Origin: Enterococcus phage VRE9_2
Reading direction: 5' to 3' (one strand)
Sequence record: PP680568.1
Length of the DNA stretch: 64,000 bases
In this document: one piece after another, positions 9,515-17,340 of the stretch
Position numbering within the stretch: position 1 is the first letter of the stretch
Layout of the letters: every line of letters starts with the position of its first letter
Program-made: the position numbers and the translations under genes
Notes under the pieces: generated by a model
Told to the model about the DNA's origin: nothing
Database searches by the model: none
Seen by the model: only the letters and a program-made list of their open reading frames with translations

Positions 9515-10540
9515 TAACTATAAAAAGTTCTCTTTAAAAAACTTAAAGGCTCACGTAAAACAGGATAAATTGCGGGAACATCCTAAAGTTCTTAACTACT
9601 AAGCAAATATAGTGATATATTTGTGGCTGAACTAATCACTCAGGTATAGTAAAAAGGTTAAGAAATTGGACAATCCGCAGCGATACCTCTCATTAGAGAG
9701 AGACGTTCAACGACTATAAACCTGCTCTGGCTTAATTTTAAGCTAAATGTATAGTCTAGTCCGAGATAATATGTAGTATAATAGGAGTTGTTACAGTATA
9801 GATTTTTATGTATACATTCATTATACTAAAGATACAAAAGAAATATTTTATGTAGGTAAGGGTATAAATAACAGAGCTTATTCAAAAGTTAAACGAAATA
9901 AGTTTTGGTGGAATATTGTTAATAAGCATGATTATTGCTTAAAAATTTTATATTCAAATTTATCAGAAGAAAAGGCTTTCCTTTTAGAGAAGGAATTAAT
10001 TAAAAATCTAAAAGCTATTGGATTAGCAAAAGCAAACTTCCATGAAGGAGGTTCAGGAGGAAATACAATGAAATACGCCCCTCTTGGAGAAATCCAAAAG
10101 TGGAAAGAAAGTTTATGCTCCGCTCAACAAAATTTAGATTTAGAAACTAGACAAAGATTAAGTCAAATTCGTAGTCTAAATGTAAGCGGAGATAAAAATC
10201 CTCAATTTAATAAGCCTGGATTTAATACAGGTCGCAAATTTTCTGATGAACATAAAAATAAAATTAGCAATGCTTTAAAACAATATTCTATGACAGAAGA
10301 ACACAAACAAAATATAACAAAATCACACAACAAATATCTATTAAAGGTTATTACAGATAATGGAGAAGAAATGATTTTTAGTTCTCTAAAGGAAGCTTCT
10401 GAAACACTAGGAGTTCCTAAGACTACATTATCTAGTTGTGGACATGGAAATAATGGCAGAAACAAAACCCATTATTCTTCCAAATATAAACTTACTGCAT
10501 ATTATCTAACATAAGTATCCCGAAAGGGACGGTAGATTCG
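9515..10540 (+). mobile_element. Group I intron (approx. 1026 nt) in nrdD carrying a GIY-YIG homing endonuclease ORF
   Basis: Interrupts conserved RVCGY motif; contains P7-like GTTCAACGACTA (9705-9716); ends in G (10540); spliced product restores ..RVCGYLSFDQIHGDSRYNPGKQKEVKERVKHNFK. Confidence 0.7.
9777..10514 (+). CDS. Intron-encoded GIY-YIG homing endonuclease with NUMOD/IENR-like C-terminal DNA-binding region; no canonical start codon upstream of the catalytic motif
   Basis: Open frame from 9777 reads ..FYVYIHYTKDTKEIFYVGKGINNRAYSKVKRNKFWWNIVNKH..EKELIKNL (GIY..YIG..R..H..E..N), in frame with tracked ORF 10068..10514. Confidence 0.65.
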   Translation, partial: YNRSCYSIDFYVYIHYTKDTKEIFYVGKGINNRAYSKVKRNKFWWNIVNKHDYCLKILYSNLSEEKAFLLEKELIKNLKAIGLAKANFHEGGSGGNTMKYAPLGEIQKWKESLCSAQQNLDLETRQRLSQIRSLNVSGDKNPQFNKPGFNTGRKFSDEHKNKISNALKQYSMTEEHKQNITKSHNKYLLKVITDNGEEMIFSSLKEASETLGVPKTTLSSCGHGNNGRNKTHYSSKYKLTAYYLT

Positions 10541-10632
10541 ATTTATCCTTTGATCAGATTCATGGTGACTCACGTTATAATCCTGGTAAACAAAAAGAAG
10601 TTAAAGAAAGAGTTAAACATAATTTCAAATAA
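10541..10632 (+). CDS. nrdD: nrdD exon 2 (C-terminal 30 codons after the glycyl-radical site)
   Basis: Reads (Y)LSFDQIHGDSRYNPGKQKEVKERVKHNFK*, typical NrdD C-terminus. Confidence 0.7.
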
Positions 10633-10644
10633 AAGGAGAAATAT

Positions 10645-10938
10645 ATGAAAGAAAAGGAACAAGAGGTTATTGAAAAGTTATATGCTTATGTATCAGAAAT
10701 GGATATTGTTTTAGCAGAAAAGAAACTACAAACAATTTCTTTAATACTTTTTATTCTTATGGGAGGATATTGTTTAATCTTTTCTTGCCCTGTATTTATT
10801 AATATTGTTTCTTTATCCGGCTTAGCTTATTTTGCTTTTACTTTATTGGCAAATTTAATGCTTGAACAACTTTTGGATAAAGAAATTTCAAAAAATGAAG
10901 TTTTATTAGAACAAATTCTTAAAAATAAAGAGAAATAG
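10645..10938 (+). CDS. Small membrane protein
   Basis: 97 aa with two hydrophobic helices. Confidence 0.5.
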   Translation: MKEKEQEVIEKLYAYVSEMDIVLAEKKLQTISLILFILMGGYCLIFSCPVFINIVSLSGLAYFAFTLLANLMLEQLLDKEISKNEVLLEQILKNKEK

Positions 10939-10959
10939 AAAGAAAGGAAGTTTTTTAAA

Positions 10960-11124
10960 ATGATGTTTATTGCAGTTTTTTGTGGGATTTGTATCCTATT
11001 ATTAATTGGTTCTGGAATGAAAGCAAATATAGGAAGAGATACTACGAGATTAGAGAATATGGCTTACTTAATGTTTGCCATATTCTTAATTTTGTTTATC
11101 CTAATTTTAATTGGGGGAGCATAA
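10960..11124 (+). CDS. Small membrane protein (54 aa), not in ORF track
   Basis: ATG after AAAGGAAG RBS; hydrophobic MMFIAVFCGICILLLIG... Confidence 0.35.
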   Translation: MMFIAVFCGICILLLIGSGMKANIGRDTTRLENMAYLMFAIFLILFILILIGGA

Positions 11125-11125
11125 T

Positions 11126-11647
11126 ATGGCTTATTTACACAATATAAAAAAATATGATATGGAAAACAGTGGTTTAAAAGGAGCCTCAGTTTCTTTATGG
11201 TTTAATCATTGTCCACATCATTGCCCAGGATGCTGGAATTCAGAAACTTGGGAAAGAAATGAAAACTTATATGAGGATAACCAAGAGGTAATAGAAGAGG
11301 TGCTCGATGGTCTTGATGGAGGACCAATGAAATTAAATACTCTTGCTCTTTTGGGAGGAGACCCTCTCAGTCCTAAAAATATAAAAGATACATTAGAAAT
11401 TTTATCGGCAGTTAAAACAAAAAGACCAGAGACAGAGGTTATCTGTTGGACTGGTTTTACTTGGGAACAAGTAACTAAAAGTAAGTTACTTAAACCAGTA
11501 TTAGAATATTTAGATGTATTAATTGATGGTCGTTTTATGATAGACCGTAGAATCGAAGGTAAAAAATATGGTTCTGACAATCAAAGATGTATTGATGTGA
11601 AAAAATCTCTTCAATGTGATAAAATATATTTAATGGAGGGATTTTAA
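11126..11647 (+). CDS. nrdG: Anaerobic ribonucleotide reductase activating protein NrdG (radical SAM)
   Basis: CPHHCPGCWN (CxxxCxxC) near N-terminus; GGGGAG RBS before ATG 11126; follows nrdD. Confidence 0.8.
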   Translation: MAYLHNIKKYDMENSGLKGASVSLWFNHCPHHCPGCWNSETWERNENLYEDNQEVIEEVLDGLDGGPMKLNTLALLGGDPLSPKNIKDTLEILSAVKTKRPETEVICWTGFTWEQVTKSKLLKPVLEYLDVLIDGRFMIDRRIEGKKYGSDNQRCIDVKKSLQCDKIYLMEGF

Positions 11648-11955
11648 TGTTTGGTCTTAATAAAAAAACAGAAAAAAATTCTGTGAAAAAGTATCGTAAA
11701 AAACCTGTTGAAGTAGAAGTATGGCTTTTTAATAGAGAAAATTTGGAAACAGCAGAAAGTTGGGTACGCAAGTATTCAGATAAAATGGTTTTATTTTCTC
11801 AATATGGTGGAGAAAAAATTTGGATAGAAATAAAAACTTTAGAAGGTGTAATGAAAGCTTCTGAAGGAGACTATATTATAAAAGGAATCAATGGAGAATT
11901 ATATCCTTGTAAACCAGATATTTTTCTCAAAACTTATGAAGAGGTGACAAATTAA
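11647..11955 (+). CDS. Hypothetical protein
   Basis: 102 aa ORF coupled (ATGA overlap) between nrdG and the trxB-like gene. Confidence 0.5.
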   Translation: MFGLNKKTEKNSVKKYRKKPVEVEVWLFNRENLETAESWVRKYSDKMVLFSQYGGEKIWIEIKTLEGVMKASEGDYIIKGINGELYPCKPDIFLKTYEEVTN

Positions 11956-12878
11956 TGTATGAAACAATAGTTATAGGTGGCGGACCAGGAGCGATGTCTG
12001 CCATTCTTTATTTATCTCGACTTGGTTTAAAAACTGCATGGATCTATGGTTATGGTTTTGGAGGACAAATTCAAAATACAGAAGTTGTAGATAATTATCT
12101 TGGGAAGGGAAAAATTTATGCCCCAATCTTAGTAAAAGATATGTACTCTCATGTAGAAGATCTAGAACATGTTACACAAATTTTTGGTATGGCTGAAAAT
12201 GTTAATAAAATTGATGATTCAACTTTTATAGTAACTACTGATACGGGAGAAAAAATTAGTGGTAATACTGTATTAGTTGCAACTGGAGCTTCTCCTAGAA
12301 AACTTGGAGTTAAAGGAGAAGAAGATTTTGCTGGTTTTGGCGTCTCTTATTGCGCTATTTGTGATGCTCCTTTATTTAAAGATAAAGAAGTAGCAATTGT
12401 TGGTGGTGGACAAACTGCTTTAGAAGATGCACAAATCCTATCTCGTCATGCAAAAAAAGTATATTTAATTCATAGACGACAAGAATTTAGAGCAACAAAT
12501 GCCGAAGTAAAACAAGCAAAAAATACTTCAAATATCCATTTTCTCTTGGATACACAAGTTACTTCTATCATGGGAGAAGACAAAGTTGATTTTATTGTTA
12601 TTAATGAAAAGGGAATTGGTCATAGAACTTTATCAGTGGATGGTATTTTTATAGCTGTAGGACAAGTTCCGCAAACTGATTTTTTAATTGAAAATTTTAA
12701 TTATATTTTACGAGATGGTTATGTAGAAACGATGAGAAACAATAAGGTAGAAGATTTAGGCATCTTTGCCATTGGAGATGTAGTTTATGGGAATAATAAA
12801 CAAATTGCTATTGCTGTAGGAGAAGGTGCAAATGCCGCAATAGAAATTAATAAATATTTATCAGATCCTAATTTTTGA
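11955..12878 (+). CDS. trxB: Thioredoxin reductase-like FAD/NAD(P) flavoprotein disulfide reductase
   Basis: GGGPGAMSA FAD motif, redox CAIC D motif, second GGGQTALE dinucleotide motif. Confidence 0.75.
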   Translation: MYETIVIGGGPGAMSAILYLSRLGLKTAWIYGYGFGGQIQNTEVVDNYLGKGKIYAPILVKDMYSHVEDLEHVTQIFGMAENVNKIDDSTFIVTTDTGEKISGNTVLVATGASPRKLGVKGEEDFAGFGVSYCAICDAPLFKDKEVAIVGGGQTALEDAQILSRHAKKVYLIHRRQEFRATNAEVKQAKNTSNIHFLLDTQVTSIMGEDKVDFIVINEKGIGHRTLSVDGIFIAVGQVPQTDFLIENFNYILRDGYVETMRNNKVEDLGIFAIGDVVYGNNKQIAIAVGEGANAAIEINKYLSDPNF

Positions 12879-12934
12879 TTTTTTATATATAAAATGTTAA
12901 TATAAATATATAACAAAATAGGAGGACAAAAATT

Positions 12935-13747
12935 ATGACTGTATATGCTATGTCAGATATCCATGGAAATTTTCAAGCCTTAGAAAAAGCTTTAGATTTC
13001 TTATTTAATAAAACAAAAATTTCTATTGGTGAAGATAAACTTATTTTTCTTGGAGATTATATTGATCGTTCTCCTGATGGATATTCTGTTTTAAAGACTA
13101 TTTATGATTTACAGCAAAAACATGGAAAAGAAAATATTATTGTTTTAATGGGAAATCATGATGAAATGTTTTTGGAATGGTTGAAACAGCCTTATAATAC
13201 TCTTCATCTAATTAATGATAAACCATTAATAACCGTCAAAAGTTTTATAAAACCTCTTAACAAGGGGTGGAACTTGATTTTTGACGGCGTAAATGCTATT
13301 TACGATATAAGTGACCCTAATAATCAAGTTAAAGTTACACAAGAAGTTGTTGATACAATTAAAGCAGAATATAAAGAATTATTAGATTGGTATCAAGATT
13401 TAGATTATTTTTATGAATATGGAAATGCTTTGTTTGTTCATGCCGGTTTTGAAGAAGTACCAAGCTGGCATTGGACAGATTCTTCTAAAGAAGAAATGAC
13501 CTGGAAATATCCAGCTTCTTTTGGTTATACTCCGTGGAATAAACAAATTGTAGCAGGTCATATAATGACAAGAGAGTTGCATCCAGAAGGAGTTCCCCAA
13601 GAGAAAGAAGATTCAATTTATAGAAATAAGGATCATATTTTTATTGACGGGGCTACACCAATTACAAATCATATTAATATTTTGGCTTATGATGAAAATG
13701 GTTATCTATACTATGATGCTGAGACAGGAGAAATTTTACCAGAATAA
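12935..13747 (+). CDS. Calcineurin-like metallophosphatase (Ser/Thr phosphatase / ApaH-like)
   Basis: DIHGN, GDYIDRSPDG, GNHDE motifs. Confidence 0.7.
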   Translation: MTVYAMSDIHGNFQALEKALDFLFNKTKISIGEDKLIFLGDYIDRSPDGYSVLKTIYDLQQKHGKENIIVLMGNHDEMFLEWLKQPYNTLHLINDKPLITVKSFIKPLNKGWNLIFDGVNAIYDISDPNNQVKVTQEVVDTIKAEYKELLDWYQDLDYFYEYGNALFVHAGFEEVPSWHWTDSSKEEMTWKYPASFGYTPWNKQIVAGHIMTRELHPEGVPQEKEDSIYRNKDHIFIDGATPITNHINILAYDENGYLYYDAETGEILPE

Positions 13748-13825
13748 CCTAAGCTTTTTATTATCATTATTAATTTTCCCTTTTTATTATCTTTAGCAGA
13801 GATAAATAAAGAGAGGAGAATTAAC

Positions 13826-14056
13826 ATGAGAATCAATGCAGATAAAATAAGAGAATATAGAGAAGAGCATGGAATTAGCATCGATGAGATGGCTGAAATT
13901 CTTAATATAGATGGAGAAGCACTTTATGAATACGAAAGTGGAGTTCCATGGTTTGAAGAAGATGCCTTAACTATTTTTACGATTAATAATATTTGTGATA
14001 ATTTAGATTTTATTGCTATAGATGTTGATGAATTATTTGAAGAATATAATATTTAA
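13826..14056 (+). CDS. Small HTH-like protein
   Basis: 76 aa; ..HGISIDEMAEILNIDGEAL.. Confidence 0.45.
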   Translation: MRINADKIREYREEHGISIDEMAEILNIDGEALYEYESGVPWFEEDALTIFTINNICDNLDFIAIDVDELFEEYNI

Positions 14057-14153
14057 TTTTATAAAATTCAACTATTGGATTCCCTTTAGTTGAATTTTTT
14101 TATTTAAAATTATATAATATATATATAAGTTAATTAAGAAAGGAAGTTGCTTA

Positions 14154-14704
14154 ATGAAAGAAGAAATTTTGAACATCCTATTAGTTGATTTGAAAGAAGA
14201 TTTAGATAGAGAATTAATTGTAGCAGTGGATTTACTTTAGGAGGCGAAAAGTATAGAAAAAATTGTTAAGATTCATGTAGATGGAAGTTACAAGCAAAAA
14301 GTAAACCCTAATGTAGCTGGTTGGGGTTTTTGTATTGAAGCAGAAGAGCAAGAAGTTTTATATACTGCTTCCGGTATCGTAAATAACCCAGTCTCTAGAC
14401 AAATTGATGGAGAAATTCAAGCCGCCAAAGAAGCTATTAATTGGTGTCTTGAAAATGTTATAGATAAAGTAAATACAAAAATTGAAATATATCATGATTA
14501 TGAAGGCTTAGGAAAATGGGCTGATAATCTTTGGAAGACAAATAAACCCTTAACTACAGAATATAAACTTTTTGTTTCTAATGCTCGATTCTCAGGACTT
14601 AAAGTTTATTTTATATGGGAAAAAGGTCATAATAATAATTTCTTTAACGAAATTGCAGATGAATTAGCAACTTCTGCTGTTGAAGATTCTGCCAACATAA
14701 AATA
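14154..14704 (+). CDS. rnh: RNase H-like protein whose reading frame has an in-frame TAG (14238-14240) between a 28-codon leader and the RNase H domain; domain start codon unresolved
   Basis: Downstream frame reads ..KIHVDGSYKQ..AGWGFCIE..EAINWCLEN..IYHDYEGLGKWADNLWK..FIWEKGHNNNFFNEIADELA (RNase H D-E-D-H-D pattern); no ATG between TAG and domain; AGGAGG overlaps the TAG. Confidence 0.55.
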
Positions 14705-14745
14705 ATATTCTATAAGTAGAATAAATAAAAATAGGAGGTTTTAAA

Positions 14746-15471
14746 ATGAATAAAGATTTATTAGTAAGGGGTGTAAAAAGTACAGTAAAAACAGTAGAAA
14801 CAAAATTAAATAGAAAAGTTCATTCTGTATATTTAACAGGTAGTACTCTTTATGGAGTTTCTACTTCCGAAAGTGATTTTGATTTTAAGGTTTATGTATA
14901 TCCCACTTTTTCAGATTTGTGCTTTAACGAAAAGCTTTCTAAAGAGGTGGCTGTTAATGAAAATAATGTAGAACATGTCTCTGTAAGAGATGTTCGATTT
15001 CAGTATGATGAACTCAATAAATTGTCCCTCAATAGCGCCCACTTACTTCATCCTCCTCTTTTGGGGAAAAGATTATTCACAGAAGAACAATTAACACAAG
15101 TTTTGGAAGAAAGAAAAGATAATTTTCTTTTTAGTCTTGCTGGCGTCTCTTTGTCAGAATCTAAAAAGGAAGATTCAGGAAAAAAACTTTCAAGAATGTT
15201 ATTGTTAGAAAATATGTTTACTGCTGTTTTAGAGGATAAATTTACCCTAAATTATTTTTTTGATAAAGATTCTTCTAAAGAAGTATTGGTTAGAGAAAAT
15301 TTTCATAGATATACAGATTTTGCTAAATTAACTCCTGAAGAATTAATGTTGACAGCTAAAGATTTTAAAAAAGAATATAAGGTTAATCATAAAAAATTGG
15401 AAAATGTTCTAAAAAATCAATTACTACAAACAGTAAAAACATTTTACAATGTAGGAAAGGAAGTATATTAA
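14746..15471 (+). CDS. Pol-beta superfamily nucleotidyltransferase (unknown substrate)
   Basis: GS..[DE]xD pattern: YLTGSTLYGVSTSESDFDFKVYV. Confidence 0.55.
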   Translation: MNKDLLVRGVKSTVKTVETKLNRKVHSVYLTGSTLYGVSTSESDFDFKVYVYPTFSDLCFNEKLSKEVAVNENNVEHVSVRDVRFQYDELNKLSLNSAHLLHPPLLGKRLFTEEQLTQVLEERKDNFLFSLAGVSLSESKKEDSGKKLSRMLLLENMFTAVLEDKFTLNYFFDKDSSKEVLVRENFHRYTDFAKLTPEELMLTAKDFKKEYKVNHKKLENVLKNQLLQTVKTFYNVGKEVY

Positions 15472-15668
15472 TGTTTAACATATTAATTACAAAAGATATG
15501 GTAATGAACGGAATTACAATCAAAAACGTTCCTGTTAAACAATTAGAAGGTAAGGATGCTCCTGGGATTACAAAAGGAGTGGCTAGTAAAATTCAAGATT
15601 TGGTTTGGAAAGCTAATGCTCTTAAAATTGATGTAATAGATTTTAGTTATAATTTAGGGAAAGAATAG
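15471..15668 (+). CDS. Hypothetical small protein
   Basis: 65 aa, translationally coupled ATGA overlap with upstream gene. Confidence 0.45.
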   Translation: MFNILITKDMVMNGITIKNVPVKQLEGKDAPGITKGVASKIQDLVWKANALKIDVIDFSYNLGKE

Positions 15669-15682
15669 GAGAAGAGATTTTT

Positions 15683-16054
15683 ATGTTTCTTAATTATGAT
15701 GAAGGTTTAGTAAAAGATTATATAGATAAAAATATTGTTCAACCTGTACTAAAATTAATTGAACAGACAATAGAAGATGCTGGCAAAAATCCTTCAGAAT
15801 GGGATTTTTTGAATTTATCTATTTCTTTAAATGACACTGAATTAAAATATATTGAAGCTTTTGGAGAAAATAAATTTTATTTTCGGTTCATGGAAGAAAA
15901 CATTCATGTATATATTCGCAATAAAGAATTGTATATCACAAAAAAGAGAAAATCTGGAATTCAGCTTTCTGACGTCTTAAACGAAGAAAATATGGAACTA
16001 ACAGCGAATCAAATTAGTAGTTTTTTAGAACAATACTTTAAGGAGGAAGAATAA
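15683..16054 (+). CDS. Hypothetical protein
   Basis: 123 aa ORF with RBS. Confidence 0.5.
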   Translation: MFLNYDEGLVKDYIDKNIVQPVLKLIEQTIEDAGKNPSEWDFLNLSISLNDTELKYIEAFGENKFYFRFMEENIHVYIRNKELYITKKRKSGIQLSDVLNEENMELTANQISSFLEQYFKEEE

Positions 16055-16915
16055 TTGAATACATTAAAAATGGATCATTTTGTTGCATCTAGTATTTCTG
16101 AAATCCTAGACAATGGAGTTAATTCTTTAGGAGCTCGTCCTAAATACGCCTCTGATGGAAAAACCGCTAATAGTAAATATATAACAGATGTATTTATCAA
16201 ATTTTATTTAGACAAGGGAGAGTTACCCATTAGCAGATTACGTCCTGTATATACTGGATTAGCTAGGCAGGAACTTTTTTGGATATATCAAGACCAAACA
16301 TCTGATTTGCAGCCATTAAGAGATAGAGGAGTTCATTGGTGGGAAGATTGGGCTTTAGAAAATGGAACTATTGGGCAACGTTACGGAGCAACAGTTAATC
16401 GCTATAAACTAATTGATAGATTAATAGAAGGATTGGAAAAAAATCCATATAATCGTAGAAATATTATTAATTTATGGCAATATAAAGACTTAGATGAAAC
16501 AGAAGGTTTAATGCCATGTGCTTTTCAAACTATTTGGGATGTTAGAGAAGTTAATGGAGAAACGTTTTTGGATATGAGTTTAATTCAGCGTAGTTCAGAT
16601 TTTCTTGTAGCTGGTATGGGTATTAATCAAATCCAATATGTAGCATTACAAATGATGGTAGCTAAACATTTTGGGTGGAAAGTAGGAACTTTTTCTTGGC
16701 ATGTAATGAACTTGCATATTTATGATAGATATTTTACTCAAGCTCAAGAATTAGTTGCTAGATTTGAAAGGATGAACCAAGAGGAACAAAAAGAAATTGA
16801 GTTTTATTTGGACGTTCCTGACAAAACTAATTTTTATAATATAAAACCAAGCGATTTTGTACTAAAGGGTTATTCTTCTGTAGGAGATCAGATGAGATTT
16901 GATATGGCAATTTAA
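16055..16915 (+). CDS. Thymidylate synthase (ThyA)-family enzyme, dUMP-specific type; could be thymidylate synthase or a dUMP hydroxymethylase
   Basis: NRRNIINLWQ..LMPCAFQ (active-site Cys, PCH His absent), QRSSD.., GINQIQY (Asn as in uracil-specific enzymes), ..HIYDRY. Confidence 0.7.
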   Translation: MNTLKMDHFVASSISEILDNGVNSLGARPKYASDGKTANSKYITDVFIKFYLDKGELPISRLRPVYTGLARQELFWIYQDQTSDLQPLRDRGVHWWEDWALENGTIGQRYGATVNRYKLIDRLIEGLEKNPYNRRNIINLWQYKDLDETEGLMPCAFQTIWDVREVNGETFLDMSLIQRSSDFLVAGMGINQIQYVALQMMVAKHFGWKVGTFSWHVMNLHIYDRYFTQAQELVARFERMNQEEQKEIEFYLDVPDKTNFYNIKPSDFVLKGYSSVGDQMRFDMAI

Positions 16916-16920
16916 TAATA

Positions 16921-16956
16921 AATTAAGACACCTTAAATGGTGTCTTTTTTTTGTAC
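16921..16956 (+). terminator. Rho-independent terminator
   Basis: AAGACACC-TTAAAT-GGTGTCTT followed by TTTTTTTT. Confidence 0.6.
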
Positions 16957-17025
16957 TTTTTGGCTATAGGATTTTAACGTATTTGAGCTAGGAAAGTCTC
17001 AAAAAATAAAAGGAAGGTGTAAAAT

Positions 17026-17340
17026 ATGTTTAAAGAAAAAGATTTACTTATCCCAATTGGCGTATTTACAGTCGGGGAATCTAAAGAAGATTATATCGAA
17101 ATGGACCCGTATGAAAAAGGCACTGTTGACAAGTTAAAAGAATATAATGAAAATGGTGTAGTAGAGATGACTGCAGAGGGCGAAAAGAAAGATTTTGATG
17201 GATATTCAAAAGGAGATTTCTTCTCTTTTGGAGATAAGGGATTTCCAGTAGTTCGAAGCAATGAAATTTTTACTAAGTTAGATGTAGATGGACAATTACT
17301 ATCATTCCCTAATCATAAACTTATGGAAGGTGATAAATAA
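17026..17340 (+). CDS. Hypothetical protein upstream of endolysin (no transmembrane segment, so not an obvious holin)
   Basis: 104 aa, stop overlaps endolysin start (TAATG). Confidence 0.5.
   Translation: MFKEKDLLIPIGVFTVGESKEDYIEMDPYEKGTVDKLKEYNENGVVEMTAEGEKKDFDGYSKGDFFSFGDKGFPVVRSNEIFTKLDVDGQLLSFPNHKLMEGDK

Noticed and set aside
908-13600. Short ORFs nested antisense or out of frame inside long genes (908..1135, 3437..3745, 5347..5583, 10202..10465, 11218..11580, 11535..11771, 13400..13600, 23945..24214, 28612..28973, 31808..31996, 32602..32799, 34680..34922, 35715..35924, 36504..36689, 37618..37818, 39380..39571, 39706..39912, 41536..41736, 44349..44546, 44939..45223, 45358..45585, 48854..49036, 50124..50375, 53303..53521, 56243..56434, 57337..57549, 58759..58941, 60828..61179, 61816..62491)
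   Set aside because: Each overlaps a longer, better-supported gene on the other strand or frame, and has low-complexity AT-driven codons; no independent signals.
14238-14240. Possibility that TAG is globally recoded (stop-codon reassignment) in this phage
   Set aside because: Long conserved genes (nrdD, trxB, the amidase, the tail fiber) are intact under the standard code with no internal TAG, and most genes end in TAA; the RNase H TAG is therefore a local event, not a code change.
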